Origin: Planctomycetota bacterium | GTDB lineage: Bacteria > Planctomycetota > UBA8108 > SXIK01 | DNA length: 64,000 nt | Reading direction: 5' to 3' | Assembly: GCA_965223265.1 (NCBI GenBank) | Contig: OZ244999.1 | Span: 5,824,001-5,888,000 of the forward strand | In this document: positions 28,701-39,078 of the stretch, one piece after another | How the letters are laid out: each line of letters opens with the position of its first letter | How positions within the stretch are numbered: the stretch's first letter is position 1 | The notes under the pieces: model-generated | What the model was told of the DNA's origin: nothing | The model's input: only the letters and a program-made list of their open reading frames with translations | Database searches by the model: none | Position numbers and translations under genes: made by a program

Positions 28701-31636
28701 CGGCCGTCGCGCCAGGAGGACATACTCAGGAAACCAGTGATCTCTCCACCACGGACACCATACTCGCGCGATTCGTAGATCTGCTCCCATGGATCATAGA
28801 AGTTGTCGACACGGCTCAGAAGCACGCCGCGGCCGCGGTCGTTGAATCGCTCGACGCGCGTCACTCGCCCCAGATTATCGTAGGTACGGCTCTCCCTGAT
28901 CCGTAGAGGTTCGTGGACCGCGACGACGCGGCCTCGATAGTCGACGCGGTAGTCTGTCGCCCTTTCGCCCTCGCTCGTGTGGGTGTAGAGAACCTTACGC
29001 GTCAAATAGCCGTCACCGACACTCTCGACGACAGCCTCCTCTCCGTCGTAGAAACGTTCTTCGATCAGGGTCATGTTGTCGGAACGCCCGCCGTCGATCG
29101 TACCGATCCGGACACTCTTGAGTCGCCCCAAAACGTCTCTCTCGAAGCGTGTGATGGAACCAGATGGATTTCGCGTTGAGGTGAGCCGACCGGCCGCATC
29201 GTAGGTATGTACTGTTCTCTGCCGCGGCGCGCTCGCATCCGTCGGGTCGCTCCACACGATCTGTTCGGCCACTTCTCGACCACGATAGAGAGTATCCGTG
29301 CGCCGCAGTAGCACACCTTGAAAGCCTTCTTCGATGGTCGGCGCGCCACCATCGAAGTCGTCTTCGAAGTTGATGTCACGCCTGGCAGCGATCAGTTCTC
29401 CAGAAGCAGTGGTTCGCTCGCGGCCATCGGGGTCGAACACCGCGAGCGAAATCGCTGCATGGTAATAGACATCGTCGATGTGTGGGTACGCTAGAACCAC
29501 GAGTTCGCCGCTCGAAAGCTTGTCGTAGTGCCATCTCTGCGTCGTCCGCGTCGTCTTCAAACCCGTGCCGGTCCAAGCTTCGAAGGCTGCGGACTCACTC
29601 TTCTTGATGCGCCCCACAAGATCATAAGCATGCGTCGTCACCAGATTGGCTCCGCCGGGTCGTAAAAACACGGCGTCGGGAGGAACAGGAACACCGGCAG
29701 GACGGCGATCGGAGTCGAAGTCCAAGACGTTTAGAGTGGTCACGCGACGCGAGGGGTCGATCTCCCGATAGCTGACATATCCTTCTCCGTCCCTCGTCCA
29801 AGAGTGTCGCAGATCATCTTCAAAGTAGTCATAGAGAACGACGCTTTGCCCCGACCCGTTTTGGGTCACCGGAATCGGCGCCCGCGTGGTCTTGCGCAGC
29901 GCGACCGCCAATCGGTCGGCGACGTGGAAGGTCTCATAGCCATATTGAGTCGTGGTCCCAGGTCCGTCTGTCGTTTCCTGCGGGTAAACGGTCTCCGAAG
30001 TCTTGAGAAAGCGTCGCCGATCGCCCAACGCCCGCAGCGAAAAAACCTTCTTCCGCTGCAAGTTCCAACGCCGCGTCGTGGGGTCACGCAGTCTCTCTGT
30101 CAACGTCCAGGCAAGCGTGGAAGGTTCCTGGACGAAATTGTAGCTGCGGCGCATTCCCGCGTCGGGTTTCGTCGTCACGACGTGTGAGCGGTACTCTAAG
30201 CACGCCGCCACCGAATAGCTCTGCGCGAGTCGTCCGTCATGCCCTCGCCGGTACGTCTTGATCCATCTTCTCGATTCGGGATCGGCGGCATCCTCTTGGA
30301 GGACGCGGTTCAGAATTTGCCCGTAGCGATTGTAGTCGATGAAGTGGCGACCACCTGCAGGCAGCGTGATCGCTGCCTGCGAGAACCAAACGTTGAGGTT
30401 CGAAGCGCTCGCGTTCTGTTGCCAAGAATAGCGGTGGGTGCCGGCGCCAGCGCCACAATCGCACTGGTTCTCCAGCGCCAGGCTCCTAAGGCGCTTGTCG
30501 GAATAGTACGTGTAAGTGCGTTCGAGATAGTCCTGTAGTTCGCCGACACTGCGCTCGTATGCATTCGTCCCGGGTTGCACGCGCTGCAGTTCTGCCATAG
30601 CCCCGGGCCCGAGAACTGCGGCCACCTGATGAGCATGGCCGGAATGCGAAGCACTGTCGTACGGGCCGACGTAGTATTTGAACGCCCAGCGACGTCGATA
30701 ACTCTGCCCGCTTTCCGAAAGCGCCAACTCCTCTTCGATGCCGACCAGGTCGCCGATCGAGCTACCGACTGGCTCGCGGACCTCTTCGTGATATGTAAAA
30801 TCGATCGTGCGATAGGGGATGCCCCAGACGCCGTTCTTTGCCGCAACCTCGATGCGATCGATGCGAGCGCCGTGACCATAGTCAGCCAGTACGTACCTGA
30901 ACCTTCGCACCTCAGTCTGTGCGTTCAGCTTTTGCAGCACGGAGATTGTGTCGACCGAGTAGATGATTTCAATCTCGGCCAAACCAATCGGTTCGATCTT
31001 TGTGCAGCGATAGTTCTCCGCCGCGCTGAAGGTGTAGACCTTGCCGCCGATGTCGTACATCTGCAGGAGCGCCGGGTTCGCCTCCCGGTGAACGAGCTTG
31101 GCCCTGCGGTTGCCGAAGCGCCCCCAATAGGTACCCGGACGGTCAGAGTCAGCATCGAAGAATCGAACCGTGTTGGCGTCGAAACGAATGACCCAGGTGT
31201 CGTTCGCGTTGTCATATTCAGCGTACGGGATCTTCGTAAACCAATTGTGCCCCAGCGGTCGATTCTCGCTTGGCGGATAGTCTCGACCATACTTGTAGCG
31301 CGTCCGATAGGTCGGGGAGGGATCCCACTCGAGCCCGCCAGGCCCCTCCTCGGCTGCGAGGCGCGGCGCCACGTTGTCGAAGCCGCCGTCGCCGTCGATT
31401 GGCTCGATCCAACGATCCTTCGGCGGCTCGTCCTTCAATCCGGGGAAACCTTCAGCAGGCGCCAGAGTCACGTCATCTTCTCCAGTCTCCCCCAGCGTCC
31501 GCCATCCGTGAAGCGGCATGAACTCGTGATCGTCCTCGGCGGCGAAGCTCCGCGCCAGAAGACCGGCGCACACCGTGGCAACGACGACCACAACGCCCTT
31601 CCGCACCACCACCGCAGCCTCTATGCTTCTCTTCAT
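25709..31636 (-). CDS. Rhs/YD-repeat protein with Sec-like signal peptide and an unknown C-terminal domain
   Basis: many YDxxGR repeats, GLDRFGRI, core end RVHDADLGVFVQRDP; RBS before ATG 31636. Confidence 0.9.
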   Translation of the reverse strand: MKRSIEAAVVVRKGVVVVVATVCAGLLARSFAAEDDHEFMPLHGWRTLGETGEDDVTLAPAEGFPGLKDEPPKDRWIEPIDGDGGFDNVAPRLAAEEGPGGLEWDPSPTYRTRYKYGRDYPPSENRPLGHNWFTKIPYAEYDNANDTWVIRFDANTVRFFDADSDRPGTYWGRFGNRRAKLVHREANPALLQMYDIGGKVYTFSAAENYRCTKIEPIGLAEIEIIYSVDTISVLQKLNAQTEVRRFRYVLADYGHGARIDRIEVAAKNGVWGIPYRTIDFTYHEEVREPVGSSIGDLVGIEEELALSESGQSYRRRWAFKYYVGPYDSASHSGHAHQVAAVLGPGAMAELQRVQPGTNAYERSVGELQDYLERTYTYYSDKRLRSLALENQCDCGAGAGTHRYSWQQNASASNLNVWFSQAAITLPAGGRHFIDYNRYGQILNRVLQEDAADPESRRWIKTYRRGHDGRLAQSYSVAACLEYRSHVVTTKPDAGMRRSYNFVQEPSTLAWTLTERLRDPTTRRWNLQRKKVFSLRALGDRRRFLKTSETVYPQETTDGPGTTTQYGYETFHVADRLAVALRKTTRAPIPVTQNGSGQSVVLYDYFEDDLRHSWTRDGEGYVSYREIDPSRRVTTLNVLDFDSDRRPAGVPVPPDAVFLRPGGANLVTTHAYDLVGRIKKSESAAFEAWTGTGLKTTRTTQRWHYDKLSSGELVVLAYPHIDDVYYHAAISLAVFDPDGRERTTASGELIAARRDINFEDDFDGGAPTIEEGFQGVLLRRTDTLYRGREVAEQIVWSDPTDASAPRQRTVHTYDAAGRLTSTRNPSGSITRFERDVLGRLKSVRIGTIDGGRSDNMTLIEERFYDGEEAVVESVGDGYLTRKVLYTHTSEGERATDYRVDYRGRVVAVHEPLRIRESRTYDNLGRVTRVERFNDRGRGVLLSRVDNFYDPWEQIYESREYGVRGGEITGFLSMSSWRDGRGFIVKTRSQGARFEKTRYDGAGRIIARAASYDADESAYEAAHDLVGDTVVAQTVYLPGPGGGAELIRAYSRRHDAEEEATGSLTVGVQGTGRGQYTAIWRDELGRLSRVVRYGTNGGIDLDARPQGEPPAVSGPLNRVREYTYTLLGEIEERRGPAVSAQSGDLVTQRTEYTGWGAVALQIGNFADGIPGSVDDRTIVYGYDAAGRLSTKTVKAAAGEVAAHDRVTAFVYGVTHGSGDSASRLASNDLIRTIRFPDPITGAAGGPDDQVHFAYNAQGEQTYMEDQRDTKHVYEYDQRGRLVVDHVTDLGDPEVDGRIRKIGRSYDALDRAVRVRSYGEQGYVEDEVVYGYGAFGVVETVHQEWRGAVDPGVSNKVTYDYHFPKSATDSLKRVSTTYPSGVVVLDVYEPGVDTAFSRPSGAKMRDEWLFRDVYLGLSRVVEREYGDLGIVRTLVGDDEENSDGYAGLDRFGRIDDLLVTDGRRDINRFVYEYNDRSQVVVRRDDVGRIDGRYLFDEEFSYDDAGRLVEHQRGENPRQSTAIDSHECWTLDSVGNWLEYYRGDESFCGTPSLSSVNASDELTQVDATRYSYDRAGNMVGRDDGVEFVYDAWNRLVAARSGSSVLSAYRYNGLHQRISAGESQWVESDYYYSTEGNLLEEWYADDDVARWYVWGGDQNDIVLRSSSRLSSSFEFYVTDAFSNVVTRLSSDGAVSGRYLYDGNGHPTRLSADWTSQHEILEDDFLFAGRRYISQHGLHDFGLRVHDADLGVFVQRDPLLIGGSSDGRHPYRMDETTDDDDWPGSRDPHDDTSLGPYGCPLPEDGSPYEWNKFIECLKRRRQAPPAEGMPPCSKKGCRWSGFVWASFWGSPLIAGLGKMRIAAYATDTTGCQYFVRGKGDLTLGAFAGFGFVEGSATFQNKPADCEWPIEKGSHAAFAVVTYGGLIRGVPVAVGMEIYKAGQFQVLDGPLIGGLAIAAGGGGVAGKLTEVEQWGPAPGLQK

Positions 31637-32081
31637 TTCAGCCCCTTTCACTTCGAACGTCCCGTCGACCTCTCGACGAGCATGAAAAGACACCACGCGC
31701 GCCTGCGCCAGGCGCGCACCGATTGCTGACACCGACAGGCAACGCAGCAACACAACCCGGCGTGCGCGGGTGTGAACCTTGCCTCGCGTTCCCTGCAGGC
31801 ACTGCGCTCATACGACCCGAGCCCCCCACTCGGCGTGAGGCCGCCAGAGCCTACGGCACCGTGAAGACCTCCGGCGTGCCCGCGGCGACCCCGACCACGC
31901 AGAAAAGATTCGCAACTGCTCCTTACTGTCACTGCCCGGACGCTCGCTTCGATGTCCGAAGCCTGTCGAGCGTCGTTTCCCAATCCTACGAAGCAAGTCC
32001 CAGCCTACCCAGCTCGTCTGCCCGTCGCACACTCTGACCGTCGCGTCTCGCGCGCGGGGCGCGACGCCGGCTTGGCGACGC

Positions 32082-32140
32082 TCCAGCGACGCTCCAGCGA
32101 CGAACTCAGAGACGAACTCAGCGACGAATTCAGCGACGAT
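32082..32140. repeat. short imperfect 10-12-bp tandem repeat (CAGCGACGAACT-like) in an intergenic region
   Basis: CTCCAGCGACGCTCCAGCGACGAACTCAGAGACGAACTCAGCGACGAATTCAGCGACGA. Confidence 0.55.
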
Positions 32141-32300
32141 CTGATAGCGCCCGCCCGAAAAGTTCACGGCAGGCGCAGAGGATACAAAGCCCATCTCAGA
32201 AGACGCACGCGCTTCCGAGATAGGAACTCTAACGTCAGTTCCGCCGCGCCGCAAAAAAACTTTCCGCGCGCGTCCGCGGAGGCGAATGACCACCAGATCG

Positions 32301-35168
32301 TCAACCTGTAATCCGCATCCCCGCAGCGATGCCGTGCACAGAAAGTCGCAAAACCTCTTTTAATTCGTCCTCATCCGCGCTCGAAATTCCTGCTGCTCGA
32401 GCGCGTCGCAAGAGCTCTATCTGAATCAAGTTCAACGCATCCACATAGGTGTTGCGGTATTCGATCGATCGGAGCAACCAGGGAGTCGACTCCAAGAGCT
32501 CATCACTCCCCCTCAGATGATGGAGTGAAGCTAACGTCCTCTCATAGTCGCTCAAAATCGACGACCAGATCACCTCGCGTATCTCGTCATCTTCAACCAG
32601 CTCTGCGTACTTCCGAGCTACGCTGCGCTCCGCTTTGGCAAGAGCGAGCTCAGCATTCTCAAGAACCGAGCGAAAGAAAGGCCAAGCGTCATACATCTCG
32701 CGAAGCGTCTTCTGATCGGCCTTGGAGAGGTTGCTCAACGCTGCGCCCAGACCGTAGATCGCCGTCAACATGTGCCGACTCTGCGTCCAGGCGAATGTGT
32801 ACGGAATCGCTCGTAGGCCACTCAGGTCATTCGTCGCTCGTCGCCGACTTGGGCGTGAACCGATGCAGAGCTCTTCGATCGCCTGGATCGGCGTCGCGGT
32901 GCGAAAGTAGGAGAGGAAAGCGTCACTTTCGAGCAGAGAACGATACGCATCGCGGGACCGGGCCGCGAGATCCTCCATGAGATCCGGCCACTCGCTCTTT
33001 GGCGGCGCCTCAGTGCCGCTGGCGCGGAGTACAAGCGCAGCCGAAATCACCTGCTCGAGATGACGCAGGGCAATCTGCGGATCATCGTAACGCTCAGCGA
33101 GAACCTCTCCTTGCTCGGTGATGCGCATGGTACCCGAGAACGAACGTGGTGGCAGGGACATGATGCTCCGCGCTGCCGGGCCGCCGCCGCGCCCCAGTGA
33201 ACCACCGCGCCCGTGAAAAAAAACGATGTCGACCTCATGCCGACGCGCGACAGCAGCGAGCGCTCGCTGTGCTTCGTAGAGCTTCCACGCGCCGGCCAAA
33301 TAGCCACCGTCCTTCGTGCTATCAGAGTACCCGATCATGCATGTCTGTGCAGAACCGCTGCGCTGTAGTTCGGCACGGTACGGCGGACATGACAGCAGCG
33401 CATCGAGCACACTGCCGCAGTTCGTTAGATCGATGATGGACTCGAAGAGCGGCGCAATGCGAAGCGGTGCTGCGTCTTCGCAGCTCGCCGTCACACGCTG
33501 AAGCCAGCGGACAGCGAAAACATCAGCGGCGCACGACGAACCACTGATAACAAAAAAGCCGACCGCGCCGTCGCCATACGCTCTCGTGCACTCTTCGAGG
33601 GTCTTCAGCAGATCGACGGTTGCTCGCGTCGCCGGGCTGACCGCGTCGAGCGCGCCCGGAGCGGGCGCCGCTGGACAGAGTAGAAACTCATCCCTCTCGT
33701 CTGACGCCAAGCCGGCGTAGTCAGTCTCGAGTTGAAGCGTCGCTGCTATTTCGGCGACGGCTTCATGGATCGCTTCGGCATGCTCTCGAACGTCGAGTCG
33801 GTAAAGGTGAAAACCAAAGACGCGGACGAGGTCGATCCAGCGCCGGATTTCCATCTCCTCCAAGTCGATATGCCCCGTGTTACGCAAGCTCTCAGCGACG
33901 ATCTCGAGATCCGCCTCGAGATCACGGGGATTGCGATACGACTCCGGCGGCGGCGAAGCGCCTGGTGACACGTTCGCCGTGGCTTCGAGGCGCGCGTGAA
34001 TCACCTGCAGCCAACGGCGGTAGATATCGTGGACGCTCCAGCGTTCTAGACAGCTTTGCAGTTGCGGCCAGCGCTCGGTGGCGCCGCGTAGCGTGTCGGT
34101 TAATCGCGGCGACGGGGTGTGACGACGCGTCGACAGTGTGAGGACGTTTAAGAGCCGCTCGCACTCGGCGAGGTGACGCTGCATCGCCTCCTGGCGCAGG
34201 AGCCAGAGGGTCTCGCGCGTCACCTCGGCATCGACGAAGGGATGGCCGTCACGATCGCCCCCGATCCACGAACCGAAGCGCAGGGGTCGTACGCGCTCGG
34301 CGGCTTCGTCACTCGGAGTGGCGCGCACCGAATCGCCAGCGGTAGGAGGCTCAAGCTCGGGAGCGTCAGCCACTGTAGCCGACGCACGCGCAGCGCGCAT
34401 CTGATGGCGAAAGGTCCGCGCAATCTTCGGCACGGTCTCCCAAAGCGTGTCGACGATCGCGATGCCGCGCCGCACTTCGTCGAGCACCGAGGGGCGCTCG
34501 TCCCGGAGCACATCGGTTTCCCAGAAGCGAGCGATGTCACCACGCAGGCGCGCCAGCAGCTCCGTCTTCTCGCGGGGAATCAAGCGCGGATCGTCCAGCT
34601 TGGCGACCGTTTCGCGCAGCCGCTTGAGCGTCAAACGCGCAGTTTGCCGCTTCGCCTCGGTTGGGTGGGCGGTAAAAACGAGCTCGATGTCAATGCTCTG
34701 CGCCAGAGACAGGATCTCGTCAGCGCCCAAGCCACGATCCCTGAGCGATACGAACGCAGCCTCAATCGATTCGCTGAGCGGCTGATCCGGCTGTGTTCGA
34801 CGCCGCTCGCGCAAGACGCGAATGCGGTGACGATCCTCGGCGAGATTCACCAGGTCGAGGAACGAACCAAGACACGAGATGAGTGACTTCAGCCCGTCAA
34901 CATCGAGGCCTTGAATGCGTGCCTCGAGTGCAGCCCCGGCGCTCGCATCGCCCTCGCGTCGAAGTCGAGAAAGACGGCGCACATCTTCGACGAGCTCAAA
35001 GACTTCTTCACCGCTGAAAGCGCGAATGACACTGCCCAGCTCACGGCCGAGCCAGCGGATCTCGTCGCGCAGGGGATCGGAGGGTTCGACCGCGACGGTG
35101 GTGGCACCGTCGGTTGGCTTAGCTGACTTCGCTCCTTGCTCGACCATGACTTCACTTGGCTTCGACAT
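32301..35168 (-). CDS. ppc: phosphoenolpyruvate carboxylase
   Basis: VFTAHPTE, GSWIGGDRDG, MIGYSDSTKDGG, FHGRGGSLGRGG, TEQGE, LRAIP, C-terminal GMRITG. Confidence 0.96.
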   Translation of the reverse strand: MSKPSEVMVEQGAKSAKPTDGATTVAVEPSDPLRDEIRWLGRELGSVIRAFSGEEVFELVEDVRRLSRLRREGDASAGAALEARIQGLDVDGLKSLISCLGSFLDLVNLAEDRHRIRVLRERRRTQPDQPLSESIEAAFVSLRDRGLGADEILSLAQSIDIELVFTAHPTEAKRQTARLTLKRLRETVAKLDDPRLIPREKTELLARLRGDIARFWETDVLRDERPSVLDEVRRGIAIVDTLWETVPKIARTFRHQMRAARASATVADAPELEPPTAGDSVRATPSDEAAERVRPLRFGSWIGGDRDGHPFVDAEVTRETLWLLRQEAMQRHLAECERLLNVLTLSTRRHTPSPRLTDTLRGATERWPQLQSCLERWSVHDIYRRWLQVIHARLEATANVSPGASPPPESYRNPRDLEADLEIVAESLRNTGHIDLEEMEIRRWIDLVRVFGFHLYRLDVREHAEAIHEAVAEIAATLQLETDYAGLASDERDEFLLCPAAPAPGALDAVSPATRATVDLLKTLEECTRAYGDGAVGFFVISGSSCAADVFAVRWLQRVTASCEDAAPLRIAPLFESIIDLTNCGSVLDALLSCPPYRAELQRSGSAQTCMIGYSDSTKDGGYLAGAWKLYEAQRALAAVARRHEVDIVFFHGRGGSLGRGGGPAARSIMSLPPRSFSGTMRITEQGEVLAERYDDPQIALRHLEQVISAALVLRASGTEAPPKSEWPDLMEDLAARSRDAYRSLLESDAFLSYFRTATPIQAIEELCIGSRPSRRRATNDLSGLRAIPYTFAWTQSRHMLTAIYGLGAALSNLSKADQKTLREMYDAWPFFRSVLENAELALAKAERSVARKYAELVEDDEIREVIWSSILSDYERTLASLHHLRGSDELLESTPWLLRSIEYRNTYVDALNLIQIELLRRARAAGISSADEDELKEVLRLSVHGIAAGMRITG

Positions 35169-35542
35169 CGTACCCTCGAACGCCCTTCGACCTCTGACAC
35201 GCCGACAGCGTAACGCCACGAACGTCGATGGGCGTCACGCCCGGGCGTGAGACGAGCTTAGCCAGTCGCCTGAGCGTTGGAAAGTCAGTTATCACCCAGG
35301 AGAGGCATCTTCATCGGGGTCGATGACACGGCTGTCGACGTTCATTCTATAGATGAGAGTAGAGGACACTCGACCGGACGGGAGGTCGATGACGCTGCGA
35401 CGGTGGGAGCGAGTCCAATCAAACAGTTCAGCATCGACCGCAGACTCATCCGGCGCGATTCGCCTTGACCAAGTAGATGGGTGTGCCTATCGTCAGTGGA
35501 AGAGCGTGCCACCGCCCGCGATCCAGTCCAGAGGCCCACGCC

Positions 35543-36499
35543 ATGAGACGGTCAGCATTCGTGCTCCCCCTGCTGTTGGCGGCACTCAGTACGCCTGCAG
35601 TCTACGGCCAAGCGGAAAATCCCTGCGCCGACGCCGACGTCGCGGTGATATTCCAAGAGCGTCCGCTCGTCTATTCGCCGGATCTCTTCGCTGGTATGCC
35701 GCCGCTTCGGGAGGGCTATCCGCCGACGAAGCTCGTGCTGAGCCCCGGTGAGAGAGATCTCTATGTGGCTCTGGTGTCGAACCTGTCGGAAGTCGGGATC
35801 CAGGGCTGGTTAGTGACGTTCGACGCGCTGGGCGACGTCGACGTTTTCGCGGCGCGCTGGGAAGGCGTCGCAGAAGTGCTCGAGTTCGCCGGCATTACGC
35901 CGCTCGGCGATGAAATCGGAGCCGGTCAGTTCGAGCAAGGGTTCACCGCTGCAGCGATTCTCTCCTTTGACGTGCTCGTGACGCTTCAGCCCGTCGGCAC
36001 ATTCACGACGCTAGCGTTCACCGTGCGGGGTGAAGCTGGTGCGAGTGCGGATTTCGTTTGGTTATCCGATCAAAACCGACCACCCGATGCGACGCAGGCC
36101 TCGTCACCCAAAGGCGGCACAGGCGGTACGGCACCGTACAACCCCAGCATCGCCACAATTCAGGGTCGCTCACACAGGATGTGCGAACTGTCGATGCAAG
36201 TCATCTTCGACAATGCAGCAGCCAGCGATTTCGTTCGCTGCGAAGCGAATGGCGACGGAAGTCTCGACATCGCTGATGGCATCTTCATCTTGAACGACCT
36301 CTTCACCGACGTCGACGCCCCCTGCCCGGCGGCGACCGACTGCAACGACGACGGCAGCCGCGACATCTCCGACGCGATCTATGCGTTCACTTTCCTCTTC
36401 GTCGATGGCTCGCCGCCCCCGGCACCGTACCCAGAATGCGGAGGTTCGACCAAAATCGAGGCTGTCGACTGCCCTGTCCTGTCGACGTCGTGCCCGTAA
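35543..36499 (+). CDS. secreted protein: beta-rich (cohesin-like) domain plus dockerin-like domain
   Basis: signal peptide; GIQGWLV; EANGDGSLDIADG...DCNDDGSRDISDA..PAPYPECG. Confidence 0.75.
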   Translation: MRRSAFVLPLLLAALSTPAVYGQAENPCADADVAVIFQERPLVYSPDLFAGMPPLREGYPPTKLVLSPGERDLYVALVSNLSEVGIQGWLVTFDALGDVDVFAARWEGVAEVLEFAGITPLGDEIGAGQFEQGFTAAAILSFDVLVTLQPVGTFTTLAFTVRGEAGASADFVWLSDQNRPPDATQASSPKGGTGGTAPYNPSIATIQGRSHRMCELSMQVIFDNAAASDFVRCEANGDGSLDIADGIFILNDLFTDVDAPCPAATDCNDDGSRDISDAIYAFTFLFVDGSPPPAPYPECGGSTKIEAVDCPVLSTSCP

Positions 36500-36547
36500 C
36501 AGCCCAGCTCTATGTCGCACATCGATCCGATTGACAGAGAAAGGACC

Positions 36548-37525
36548 ATGGGGATACGCCCTCACACGAGAGCATTTCACGTTCTTTTTGTAGTTGGCAT
36601 GTCATGCAGCGCAGCGTCTCGACCCCTCAGCGCTCAGATCGCCGATTGCTGCAGCGCCGAGTATCGACTCGGATTCTCCGCCGAGCCGATCGCCAGCATC
36701 GAGCCGGGCGAAGGGATCCTCGAAAGCGCCGAAGGTTGCGTCGGTCAAGGCGCCGTTGTCACTGTGGTTGGCCCAGTCAAGATGTACGTCAACTTCGTCT
36801 CGCAAGCGGAAGTCGGACTGCACTCATGGCAGCTCAACGTAGGCGCCTTCGGCGACCTTGAGATCATCGATGCAACACTCGAGGGCACGAGCTCGATGTC
36901 GTCGCCCGAGCCGGCATTCAAGTGGCTCGAACTCGTCAATCCGCCCGACTTCCTCGTCGGCCCCAGTGCTGTGTTTGCCGCCGTGGCGTTTTGCGTCGGG
37001 TGTCCGACGCTTGACCCGGTCGGCACTGAGTCGGTTCTGGCGTTCACAGTCGACGGAAAGGAATCGGCTGGAGAGGTAGCGATCGGCGAGCTCAAGACTC
37101 TCAACGACATTTGTAGCCTGCCGTCGTACGACTGTGCGACAAACATAGAGACGCGAACGAAAGCGTTCACGCCGGGGCGAGCTGTCGGCATCTGCAATAA
37201 AGACCGAGTCACTTTGGACCTCACGCTCACGAAAGACGATTCAGTCGCCAGCGATTTCGTGCGCTGCGAGGCCAACGGCGATGGCGACCTCGATATCGCA
37301 GACGGCATCTTCATCTTGAACGACCTCTTCACCAACGTCGATGCACCATGCCCTGCTGCGACCGATTGCAACGCCGATGGCAGCCGCGACATCTCCGATG
37401 CGATCTACGCTTTCACTTTTCTCTTCGTCGATGGACCAGCACCGCCCTCACCCTATCCGGAGTGTGGCGGCAGCGCGCTCGTGCGAGCGGAAGACTGCCC
37501 GCCACTCTCGACGTTGTGTCCGTGA
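36548..37525 (+). CDS. secreted paralog of the upstream gene with a near-identical dockerin-like C-terminus
   Basis: EVGLHSWQL, TLDPVGT..LAFTV shared with the paralog; EANGDGDLDIADG...DCNADGSRDISDA. Confidence 0.75.
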   Translation: MGIRPHTRAFHVLFVVGMSCSAASRPLSAQIADCCSAEYRLGFSAEPIASIEPGEGILESAEGCVGQGAVVTVVGPVKMYVNFVSQAEVGLHSWQLNVGAFGDLEIIDATLEGTSSMSSPEPAFKWLELVNPPDFLVGPSAVFAAVAFCVGCPTLDPVGTESVLAFTVDGKESAGEVAIGELKTLNDICSLPSYDCATNIETRTKAFTPGRAVGICNKDRVTLDLTLTKDDSVASDFVRCEANGDGDLDIADGIFILNDLFTNVDAPCPAATDCNADGSRDISDAIYAFTFLFVDGPAPPSPYPECGGSALVRAEDCPPLSTLCP

Positions 37526-37577
37526 CACCCGCGACGGGAGGTGAACAGATCGGTTTGCGGCACCTCGCCAACATGCA

Positions 37578-38645
37578 TCAGGTCAAGATCGCAACATTTT
37601 CCCCCGCGAAGATGCGCGTTTGCGCCCGAATGCCGATCACGAACGCGGCCTCAGGACTGACGATTTCCTCGACGACTCGCCCCTCGAGGTCGCGGATGAA
37701 CGCCAGCAACTGACCGGCGGGTACGCGATCCCCCGGCCGCACCTGCGGCCAGATGAGACCGGACTGCGTCGCGTTGAGCGCCTTGTCGACATTGCCCGCA
37801 CCCGAGACCTCCACAGGCTCGTAAGGCTGCGGCAGGCCCGCCAGCGGCAGCGCCGCGATCTCAAGAAACTCGAGCAGGTTCGCGAGACCGCGCGTGTAGC
37901 AGTCCACGTCCTCGGGGCGCGCGTGGCCGCCGCCGTGTGCTTCCGTATAGAGCGACGGTATACCGAGATCGTTCGTCGCACTCAGGGTTCTGCCGCGCGC
38001 CTCGGGGTCGTAGGGATGTTCCCAAATGACTGGCGCACCGAAGCACTTTGCGGCCGCACGGGCGGTGTCAGCCTGCTTGCCGACCTCACAAAACCCGCAG
38101 AGCGTCACCCAGTGGGCGACACGTCCTGAGCTGTGTAGATCGATATAGAGATCGGCGTGGCGCAACACGCGATCGAGAAGTCGCGCAGCCAGTCGTTCGC
38201 TGGGGCTTCCTTTCGCCGAACCGGGGAAGACACGCGCCATGTTGCGACCGTCCACCGGATTGACTCGCGTTGCGGTCCAAAACGCCGGCAGCGTCACCGC
38301 CGGAACGGCCACGAACGTCCCCTGCATCGCAGCTGGATCGAGCGCGGCGAACACCCTGTGAATCGCCTCCATGCCCTCGTACTCGTCGCCATGAATGCCC
38401 GCCGTCGCCACCAGCGTCTTGCCGGGCCGAGCGCCACGCGCCGCGAGCACCGGAGTTGAAAGCGTTCCCTGGTCGCAGTGTCCTTCAATCTGGCGTTGAA
38501 TCACATCGCCGCTAGCGAGGTCGCCGGCGACGAGCTTGACCGTTTCGACGATGTTCCCGTCTGCTGCCCCCTCAACTGACATTCGATAGACGCCCTTCGC
38601 AGCTTGGGGTAGTCCGTCAATGTCGAACTCAGGGCGCACGCTCAT
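37578..38645 (-). CDS. succinylglutamate desuccinylase/aspartoacylase (M14) family protein
   Basis: AGIHGDEYEG, DGRNMARVFPG, IDLHS, EAHGG, C-terminal biotinyl-like domain. Confidence 0.9.
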   Translation of the reverse strand: MSVRPEFDIDGLPQAAKGVYRMSVEGAADGNIVETVKLVAGDLASGDVIQRQIEGHCDQGTLSTPVLAARGARPGKTLVATAGIHGDEYEGMEAIHRVFAALDPAAMQGTFVAVPAVTLPAFWTATRVNPVDGRNMARVFPGSAKGSPSERLAARLLDRVLRHADLYIDLHSSGRVAHWVTLCGFCEVGKQADTARAAAKCFGAPVIWEHPYDPEARGRTLSATNDLGIPSLYTEAHGGGHARPEDVDCYTRGLANLLEFLEIAALPLAGLPQPYEPVEVSGAGNVDKALNATQSGLIWPQVRPGDRVPAGQLLAFIRDLEGRVVEEIVSPEAAFVIGIRAQTRIFAGENVAILT

Positions 38646-38813
38646 GATCACCTCCGCTGATGCGATGGGACGAAATCCATGACTCGACGGCGTCGCCACA
38701 CGAAGGCACGACGCACGAGACAAAAATCCTCGCCCAAGCAGCAGCGGGCGTCAATCGTCCGCAAGGGGGTAACGCGTCGGGGCAAAATTACAAGGGAATC
38801 ACCCGCTTGGCGC

Positions 38814-39032
38814 TCACGCCTCTTCACGCGGCGCATGCCGTCCCGAGCTGGCGACCTGCGGCAGTACCGCCCATCGCTCACGCTCGCTGTCATACACTCC
38901 GCCGCATCGCCTGGCACATTGTGCGCAAACCACCGTAGAGGCCGACGGATAGTAGTTGCGAACATCCTCTGCGTCGATGTCTTCACCACAAAGGAGACAC
39001 ACGTCACTGGCGTTCGCCTCGCTCTCTCTCAT
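38814..39032 (-). CDS. small putative zinc-binding protein
   Basis: CLLC...CAQC pairs, purine-rich RBS-like upstream sequence, 72 aa. Confidence 0.55.
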   Translation of the reverse strand: MRESEANASDVCLLCGEDIDAEDVRNYYPSASTVVCAQCARRCGGVYDSERERWAVLPQVASSGRHAPREEA

Positions 39033-39078
39033 TTCTCGTTCTCCCTGAGTTGCGATTGGAAACGTGTCAAATGCCGTT

